Shown one piece after another: positions 1-9,100 of a stretch of 64,000 nt of DNA; position 1 is the stretch's first letter, and the number at the start of each line of letters is the position of its first letter. Made by a program: the position numbers and the translations under genes. The DNA comes from Candidatus Omnitrophota bacterium. Its GTDB lineage: Bacteria > Omnitrophota > Omnitrophia > Omnitrophales > Aquincolibacteriaceae. The notes under the pieces were generated by a model. The model made no database searches. It was given only the letters and a program-made list of their open reading frames with translations, and was not told the origin of the DNA. Location of the stretch: assembly GCA_043808175.1 (NCBI GenBank), contig JAZDFE010000004.1, forward strand, positions 21 to 64,020, read 5' to 3'.

Positions 1-136
1 CGTCCGGCATGAATTCTTTAAGCTTCTCCAAAGCATCCTCACCCGAATGTACCATTGTCACTTTAAAACCGGCTCTCATAAGCACGCGCGTAGCTATCGT
101 CGCCATCGCCACTTCATCATCTACGACTAGGATCTT
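1..136 (-). other. CheY-like receiver (REC) domain 2 of the giant protein, truncated by the window edge
   Basis: Codon-by-codon translation of 160..2 gives QPLEKPIEKILVVDDEVAMATIATRVLMRAGFKVTMVHSGEDALEKLKEFMPD. This is a typical receiver N-terminus and begins about 12 residues after the RSEMR copy at 170-184. Confidence 0.7.
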
Positions 137-3100
137 CTCGATCGGCTTTTCCAAAGGCTGCCTGTCCTGGCGCATTTCGGAGCGGCCAGAAGACGGAGCC
201 CCGGGATCGAGGAATGCGTATTTTGCGGCGAGGGCCTGGGCGCGCGCGTCAATATTCAGAGCCTCCCGTACGGCGGTATAAAGAGCTTCAACGCGATCAG
301 ACTTTTCCGCGATGCGGTAGAACTGCGCCATGATCTGAGTATTTTTATCCAATGTCACGGCCGCCCGTGAGGACACCTTTTCACCGGGTTTTGGCTTCTG
401 TAACACCTCCACTTTCAATCCCGTTTCTACCACATCAATACCATAGCGGATGGGATTCCGGTTCAGCTCTTTCGAAACCGCGGCAAGGATATCGGCCTGG
501 GCCTTGTCGGAATTCAAGACCGGCCAGATCTCGGACTGTATCGTTGCTAATAAACTCACTAAATAAACCGCCGGGACTTCTTTGAATGCCTCCAGGCGGG
601 CGTTCTGTTCGATCAATCTTTCCGCGTCATCGATGTCCTTTCGAGGAACCTGCCGGTCACTTGCCGGTTGGATCATCTGCCAGAGAGTGCGCCACACGAC
701 CCTGTGGGAATCGTTGACATGCGTTATTTCATGTTTGGCCGTTTCAAGATACCGAGCCAAGTGCCAAAGTCCGAAGTCAAAAACAGTTTTGCCCTTATCA
801 AGGGACCGAATAGCGGCTACCATCAACTTCATGGCGGCGTATTCCACGGTGGCGTTCAGATTCGTGACCGGGAACGAAATGACTCTGATTGTCTTTTTCC
901 CCTGGGTGACCGTAGGCTCACCCACACGCACTCCGGTGATAACATCCCGAAGTGAAAGGTCCTCCGCCAAAAATCCCAGATCGACTTTCTCTAGGCTCGC
1001 GCGGTCATATTTCAAGGCCTGTTCAATGAAGTCCGCCCTTAAAAACGCCGTCACACCATCCGCAAAGCCGAGCTCGTTGCGCTGGCCTTCTCTCCACTGT
1101 TCCGCATAGGGCGAAAACCGGACCTGACCTCCGCCAATCTGGATACGGACCGGTTGAACGAGGATGAGCGGCGTTCTTTCGTCGCCAAGGACCTGCGGCG
1201 GCATCTTGAGGTCCCTTCGCGCATTTGCTTTCAGCACAAAAAAGTATTTGTCCGGCATCGTGAGCATCGGGTAAAAATAATCCTGCGACCGGACAACTTT
1301 CCCGCCTTGTGTCACCTGCATAGTCAGATTTTCCACGGACACGCCTTTGACATTGAAGACCAACCCTTGAGCAGCGAAAAATTGCGGTAGATCCTTGTGG
1401 ATCAGACGGGCAGCGGCCCTCACATAATCCAGTCCGTAGCCCTCAGGAAACCGGATCCCGGAATTGATCCTTTGGGCCAGATTCTGGAAAAAGGCGCGAT
1501 GCATTTCCCCTAGTTTTTCTGGAGCGACGTCTTGCTTCGGCATTCTTTTCCATTGTTCTGCAAAGGAATTCAGCTCTCCCAAGACCGTGGCGATCACATT
1601 CCCTTTTGTGCCGTTCCAATCATTGAATTGCAACGGCTCAAGCGATGTCGCATAACGTACCTGATTCATCACCCTCATCGCTTGGGAAGCAGCATCTGTG
1701 GAAACAGTTCCGGAGGGCCTCGCTGCGGCTGCGGGTTTTCGGACTTGTCCCGCGAATGTCGTCGCACCGCCTAATGCCAACCACACCGCGCCAAAGACCC
1801 CGACCATTCCGGCCATTTTTAAGAAGTTCCGTCTCCCCGCCAACTCAAGCTCCGGTAACACAACAGGCATTTCATAAGAACGCGTCAGGAGCCCCATGGA
1901 AATAGGTTGTCCGCCCTCCAAAAAACCTCTTTCGGTCAATGCTCGGAGGTTTTCCAAAGCTCCAGGCGTCATGGTCGTTACATCAATGACCTTCTCCTCG
2001 ATCCGGACCTCGGAACGTTTCACTTCAACTTGAGGACCGTTTGCGGGAAATTCTTTTTTAATAAAATCATCTAATTGATCAAGCTTGATTGCTTCCAAAT
2101 TCTCGAAAGCCGCCGTCATCCTCTGCATGCCTTTTCCAAAACGTTCTTTCAATGCCGGAAGCACCTTCTCCAGCAGATCGGACACTTTTTTCCATCGCGC
2201 ATATTCGCCCTTACCTCTTCCCTCGGTAAGTTTCAGCCGATCATAGGAAGCAGCAACATTGGCCTCCATATTCTTTTGGTAAGGGATGTACTCTGCTTTG
2301 ATCCCCATCAGAGCGCCAAAATCTTCTTTTTGTGCCAATGCCAACGCCACATGGAGCAGCGCCACGCCGGGGCGGAATCCAAACTCTCCGGGGAAAATAT
2401 GTTTAATTTCATTTTCTTGCCCGCGTACCCCGTTCATCATGACAATCCTTAGCGCTTCGCCGCCTTGGGTCAGTTGAGTGTCAAGGGCGATATGATAAAT
2501 TCGCTGGGTCCTGCCGCTTGCAACTTTGTCCAGAAAGACCGAAACCCCTGAGGACCCTTTCACCGAGCCGTAACGCATCCCTAACAAATACGGTGTCCCT
2601 TCAATGTGGGCCGCCAAAACAAATTGCCTCGTCAGAAAACCCGGAGAGAAGAGGCTTTCCATTCTTTTCATGTTCCGTGTCGCCATCACTATTTTTGCTT
2701 CACTGTCGATTCCTTGGGGCAAATTATAAAAAAATCTGGTCTCAGGTTTCCGGTCCATACGATAATGCCGACTGTATGTTTTGAAAAAATCTTCGAAGAC
2801 GGCTGGTGAAATTCCTCTAAGAAACACGTCGTAGTCCCTTAGCCAGTCAAACAAACTCACAGTCTGCTCTTCACTGATGTTCAGAACCCGTTGAAGTTTG
2901 CGCGATATCAGCCGAAGCAATATTTCGTCTGCTCTGTTCTGAGCCCTCACTCTAACGATGTAGTAAAAAACATCCTGCAGCACATTCGTCGGCAGCATCT
3001 CAGAGCTCTCCTTGTCAAGAAGCCACCGGGCGACATAGTCCGCTTTTCCCGTATCAAGGATCACTTTCTTTTTTACTTTTATGGATAAAGCTTTGACCAC

Positions 3101-6100
3101 ATCTTCGTTTGTCAACCTGTCGATGTCAGGCCTCTCCTGATCGCGCATTGCGCCGTCGGAGGATTGACTATTGTCCCGCATCTCAGCACGGCGGTAACCC
3201 AGACTCGCCTCCTCGGCCTCCGGCTCGCGACTGTTTCCTCTGATTTTTGAAGAACCTCTCCTATCTTCATCCCTGCGTTCTCTCTCCTGGCCCTCAACGT
3301 CAGGGAGCCCTCTTTTGCTACTTCGCAAAGATGGCGCATCCCCAATGACCGGTAAATGAAGCTCGGAGCCCGCATCCGAGTCCCCCCTGCCTCGCCGGGC
3401 AAGGCCCGTTCCTCCCGGAGCAGTACGCATCTCCGCGCGGCGGCGACCCAAACTTGCCTCCACGACGGCACGGCTCTTGATCTGCTCTGCCATCAATCTT
3501 GCCAATGCTAAGCCGACTTCCTGTTGGAGCGCGACACCGCTGAGGTTCCCCCTTTTCAGAACCTCTGCCAATGCTCCATGGATTCCTCGGGAAATATCTA
3601 AAGGCGGAAAGTAGTTCAACATTCTCTCAAGAAGGTCCTTTTGCTCCGCGGGAAGACCTCGGAACAAGCCGTTTCTAGCAATGAGCGCTGCGGGTAGATT
3701 TGTCACATTTTCGTCCAAAAGATCTGTTGCCGGAATACCGTCGGTGGATTTTTTAAAAATATAAAATGGTGTATTTTCTCTAAAACTTTTATTTACATCG
3801 ACGGAAAATAAGAAAGAACCCTTTTGTTGTTGATAACCTCTATCCTTTTGGAGAGCCTTGATCGCGTCCGAATGATAGATCGCCAGATGATAGGGCTTAA
3901 TGTAGACCTTTCCTCCCATCTTGAGTTTGGCGATATACCCTGGATCGGCAAGGAATTTTGCCAGAGGTTCCGGTTCGGGATGGAGAAGAACAATGGCGTC
4001 CAACATTCCGTCCGGAACATCCTTAAGTATTTTCTCGAAATCGGCATTGAAGAGGACGAGGTTATCGCGCAGGACAGCTTCTCGCTGGATAGCTAGGCTA
4101 TGATCCAGGAAACCCCAATGGTATCCGGGATATTCCCTCCCATAAGGATCCGCAGCCACGACGACATACCGGGGATCGCGGGCAAGTGCCGCTTCGAATT
4201 GTCCGTCACCGGGCCCGATCGAGAAAATGATTTTTGAGACCCCCATTTGTGTTCTTTTTACGGGGTCCATCAACGCGGCGAAACGTTCCGTCATGATTCC
4301 GGAATTTCCGCGTGCTTCAGAGCGTTTCATTTCTAATGCGGACTTGATCCCGGGATCAAAAAGCTCTCTTAGAGCTTTTATAATTCCATATTTCGTGACA
4401 ACAGGGATCTTCGCCTCCAATTCCCAAAAGAGATTGTTTCTGCCTGCACGATCCTCTCTTGTGGCCATGATGCTCTTGACCTTCAGGCCTTTTTGTTGGA
4501 TCTGCCGAATCAGCTCCGCCCCGGTCATTTCTGGCATGTGGGCATCCGCCACAAGCGCATCGATATTCTCTTTCTCTAATATTTTTAAGGCCTCACTCCC
4601 CTTGGCGACGGAAATGACTTCCGCTCCAAAAACTTCGAGAGAACTTTTTACCAGCTCCCTGTCATCGGGATCATTATCCACATGAAGGATTTTCCGTCCC
4701 TTCAAAAATTGCTCTGTCTTTTTCGGCGTGCCATTATCAGGTGAGCGCATTTCAGAGCGAACATCTTCGGCGCCGGCTTCAAGTTGAGCATTGTTCCGCA
4801 TTTCTGAACGATGATCCCCTTGATCTTCGTCGATATTAGGCTCAGTACGGTTTCTGCTGCCCCTTTGAGCGTGGTCAAAAACTTCCGCCCCTAATCCAAG
4901 CATCAAAAAAGCAAGCGCCTTTCCGCGGAAGATCCTACCGAAGAATCCTCTCTCCGGTTCATAGCGGAAGATCAGCGGTAAGAGAGGCAGGATCACGGTC
5001 CCATCGGAAAGTTCTTTAACGCCGGGATGAAGCTTTTTTAAATGCTTGAGTTTTGCATCGTGAATCATCCGCTCTTCTTCCGGACGATGTTCTTTGATCA
5101 CGTCTGGATCGTAATGCCAAAACTTTTTGGAAACGCGCTGTTTGACATCCTCCATTTCTTCATCCAGCCTTTGAAACGGCGCTTTGAGGTCTCTGGACCA
5201 TAACGGCCCCAGGTAAGGGATCCATCTTGAGAGTCTGTCCGAATCATCTTTTAGACCTCTGAAAACCAGTTCTCGAATGACCAACCCGGTGTCCGTTTTC
5301 TGAAAAACCAGGAATTGAGAATCATGGTCCACAGGATCGAACGCGATCAGTTCCTCTTGCGTGTCCAAGTCCTGGACGATATCCTGAGGTCCTCCGCTGC
5401 CGATCACAAGCAGACCCCTGTTCTCGATTTTTTCCGCCATCTGTTCGATCATGGGCCAGAGAGTACGCCGATCATAATGATTCAGGACATTGAATGACAA
5501 AAAGATCTTGATACCCTTGATCGCGCTCCCCGCTTGCATGAGCCGATGATCATCTTGGATGAATTCCAAATTCAGATCCCGGCGCAGAGAATCCGGATCC
5601 GCACCCTCTATTTGGCCGCCATGCTCGCCCGGATCCACACCGTAGACTCGAACCCCCGTCCCCAGTTCCGCCAGTCGCTGGGCAAGATCAAGGGTCGCGT
5701 AGCCTCTACTGCTTCCGCCATCGACCACAGATTTTCCCTTGAGCGAAGACAAAGGGACATGCGATTGATGCTCAAGGTAATTGATGAGAGCGTCGTACCG
5801 TCCGGGATAATTTCTCGGGTTGATCCTTTCCGGGGCCCGGTCCGCCTTTCTTTGAAGCCATGCTACCGTGCGATCGAACCATCCTCCTTGACCCGTCTGC
5901 TCTCTGCGGACTTCGGAACGTGCAGCTCCCGCCGCCGACGTGTCGGTCAGACCGCCAAACAGTAATCCCTGATTAACGACTGCGCCCCCGGAGATCACTT
6001 CAGAGAGAGCAGCGTTGGCGATCCGGGTGATCTCCTCCTTGTCGTACCCCCACCCCTCGCTATCATACGGTTTGGAAACGATCTGCAATGCCTTCAGAAG

Positions 6101-9100
6101 CCTCTCCCTATATCCGGATATTTCCTCCTGAGGCATCGAGTCGGGGAACGTGATTTTGTAATAGGTCACACTCGAGTCGGGCGATTCAACCCAGATCGTC
6201 CGCGCGCTGGCGCGATACCAAACACCCAGTTGATGGCCCTCATCATGCGCCCGTACCCATTCGACCACATCCGCGTCCACTGGCCGCTCGCCTTCCCGTA
6301 CTTCGGAACGGGTCGCAGGACGCGTTCCTAAAGCAACCGAAAACGTTCCGGCGGTGGTTCCATGGCCCGCAATAGTGCGATGGATGTGCCCGTTTGAAAG
6401 GATCTTTAATAAATAACGGAAAAGAATATAGGCGGACATGAATTGTGGGATCGACCTTTGCGTGTGGGATGCTTGCTCGAACGCAAGACGCGTCATCGAT
6501 AAATATTCGCGGGTTGTTTTTGGAGCAAACCAAATAAGGGCCCCATTCACCGCTGCAAGGGACGCCTCGGAGCGCGAGGCAGCCCAGTCGGAGAGTTTTT
6601 GAAATTCTTCCGGATGCCTCTCGTTCGCTAAAGCTAAGAGCAGGTTCGGCTGAATGCCAAAATCCTGGAAATAATCCATCCAATCATCAAGATGCTGACA
6701 GAAAATCGCTACTCCGTGTAGCAACGATTCTCTCACCCGAAGCTGGACCGGATCGAGCTTTTGAAACACTGACGCTGCGATTTGTATCAAAGGGCGGAAA
6801 TCGTCTTTTTCGGTAAAAATTTCGCGCGTGCCTTGAAACGACGGGAAAAGCCCCGTCTTTCTTTCGAGGAGGTAAGAATGCAGGAACAACCGAGAATTTT
6901 GCCAGAAGGCGTCCCGTACAACCTCCCGTTCCTTCTCATCAAGCGGTGTTGAGAGAAGGGCTTGTTCAAAGCGCTCCGGGAACGAGTTAATGATCTGGAG
7001 TCCATCCCTGGAATCTGAAGGAAATACCGCGGAGAACGGCGAGGCTCGAAGCTCTTCTGCCCCAACCTTCGAATGAAGACGCAGATCGATCCTCCGGGTG
7101 TGATCCGCACCAGCGAGAATTTCCGTCATCTCGTCAATGGACAGCCGGCTTCCAAAACGGTCCAACAGGTCGTCGCCGACCATCATGTACTGGGACCATA
7201 ACCAGAAAAGACGATCAAAACCTTTGGCGTGCGACTCTTCGGGGGTTATCTCGAACAATTCGATCAAAAAGTAATAAAGGCCCGCCGCTCGGGTCGTCAG
7301 CTTAACACCCAGTTGGCGGCTCAGCTCCCGGTCCCGGGCAGACCCCTGCCATATGTTCCAGCCAATCCGCAGAGGAGAAAACCATTTTAAAGCCTTTGGA
7401 GTTCTGGCCTCTCCGGGTTCCACCGCTCGATCGCCTTCCCTCATTTCCGAGCGTTTGTTTTCCGCCGACCGGGTGCCACCATCCCTTACCAGCCCGTGCT
7501 CCCGCATTGTCCGGATCTGTAAGTACACGCTATCAGATACCGGAATAACCGGGTCAAACCATTCCTTCAATTCCCCCTGTCCGTCATAGGTCGCATTTGA
7601 CTCTTTTGCGTCAAAGAAAAACAGCGTGCGGTAACGTTCCTTCGCGGCCGTATACCATTCACGGTAAGAACGATAAGCCCGATTGACCTGGGGAGAGCCC
7701 GTTCCGAAGCGTTCAATCAGTTCGGACAACATAAAACCCTTCGCCTTTCTTTGTCGGATCCGGGTCGGTGATTCGAGGCGAACCGTCAAGACCGGAAATC
7801 CATCATCATGCATCTTTTGATGAGCGGCGACGAGGCGACGCGCAATTTCCTGCCGTTCTTCTTCTGAAATAGGCAGAACATCCCCTAAAACATCTTTTAC
7901 CTCTTTCACCATATCGCCGCCATCAGGCCAAACGGTTAAAAACCAGCCTCCGCTGAAGCCGCTCAAAGACGGCTGCTGGACATTCTGCAAGAGCCCCGCG
8001 TCTCCCCTTGATTTGGAGCGGGCTGTATCAGGAGCGGACACAGCAGGAGCTACTTCCGGACCGGTTATGTCCTGTCTCACGCTCAGGGTCAGAGCCTTGG
8101 CAGCACCAAATTCAACGGTCATGGGAACGGACGTTTCACGAGTCTGATCTTCCGTGAGACTCCGCAGAAAAGAGGTTTCAGCAGTATTCGCGGGCGCGGC
8201 GATTGCCGTGTTCTGCGGGGTCAGCATCCTTGGAATGAAGCGCAATGCCGGCTTTCCATCTCCCGCCAGAGAGCTCGCCTCAACAGCGCCTGAGAGGACG
8301 GGATGGCTGTTCGCTGCCTGCGCGACAGCTGATGCAATGCGGGCAGGTTCCATTTTGTATTTTTCAAAAAGGACCGGCGCCGCCGTTTCGAGTAGTTCCT
8401 TGAAAAAGAGAGCCTCCTGTTTAGTCGAAAATGGATTTTTGACCTTGAAATAAGCGCTGAGATCGGCATGATCGCCGGCCATCACTTTTTGATAAAGTTC
8501 CCCGCGATCCGTGCGGCTGATATGCGGCGTGAGCGTCGCGTAACTGATCTTTTGTTCTCGAAGTAACGTGTCGATCCCCCCCGTATGAAAGCCCCCGGTG
8601 ATCAAGACAACGATCCTCTGACGCTCCTTCGGTGACGTCCCCCCCAAAGCCAGAGCATTTTCCATGAGTGCCCGGTCCCTTTGAAGGGCCGTCGCATAAA
8701 AATGTTTTGCGCGCTCAAGGAAGTTCCTCAATTCCGGCGCTCCTTCCACAAAAGCTTCCAAGTCTCCCCGCTCCGCTTCGCTCCGTTCGTACTCCTCCCG
8801 CGTCAGCTCCAGAAAGAGTAATTTTTCGAAGAGATGAAAGACCTGCAGTCGCCGGACAAGCTTTTTTTCCGCGTCGGTGCGAGCGAGCTTTTCGGTCAGA
8901 AGCGTTTCCAGGGAATTCATTTCCTGAAGAAGACCGGCCGCCTCCATTTCGGCTTGAAAAATGACCGGTTCCAGACTCTTGAAAAAAGAATCATGCCCGG
9001 TGAATGCCAAGGAATGCTTTTTCGTAAAAAGGAACAATTGCTCCAGAAGCTTTCTCGGGTAGAGGGCCGCGTCCACGGTCGCGGGAACCGGTGCTCCGCC

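Larger units (their letters stand above)
170..7453 (-). repeat. Ten in-frame copies of the peptide motif R-[SA]-E-[MVA]-R in inter-module linkers of the giant protein
   Basis: Plus-strand coordinates of each 15-nt copy: 7439-7453 RSEMR, 6296-6310 RSEVR, 5906-5920 RSEVR, 4796-4810 RSEMR, 4745-4759 RSEMR, 4310-4324 RSEAR, 3425-3439 RAEMR, 3176-3190 RAEMR, 2003-2017 RSEVR, 170-184 RSEMR. All spacings are multiples of 3. Codons differ between copies (CGC/CGT/CGG/AGG for R; TCC/TCT/TCA/TCG for S; GAA/GAG for E), so conservation is at the peptide level, not the DNA level. The flanks are G/P/E/D/R-rich. Confidence 0.8.

Noticed and set aside
3381-3389. An RGD tripeptide in the charged linker of the giant protein as an adhesion motif.
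   Set aside because: A tripeptide in an R/G/D-rich low-complexity stretch is expected by chance, and there is no supporting context.
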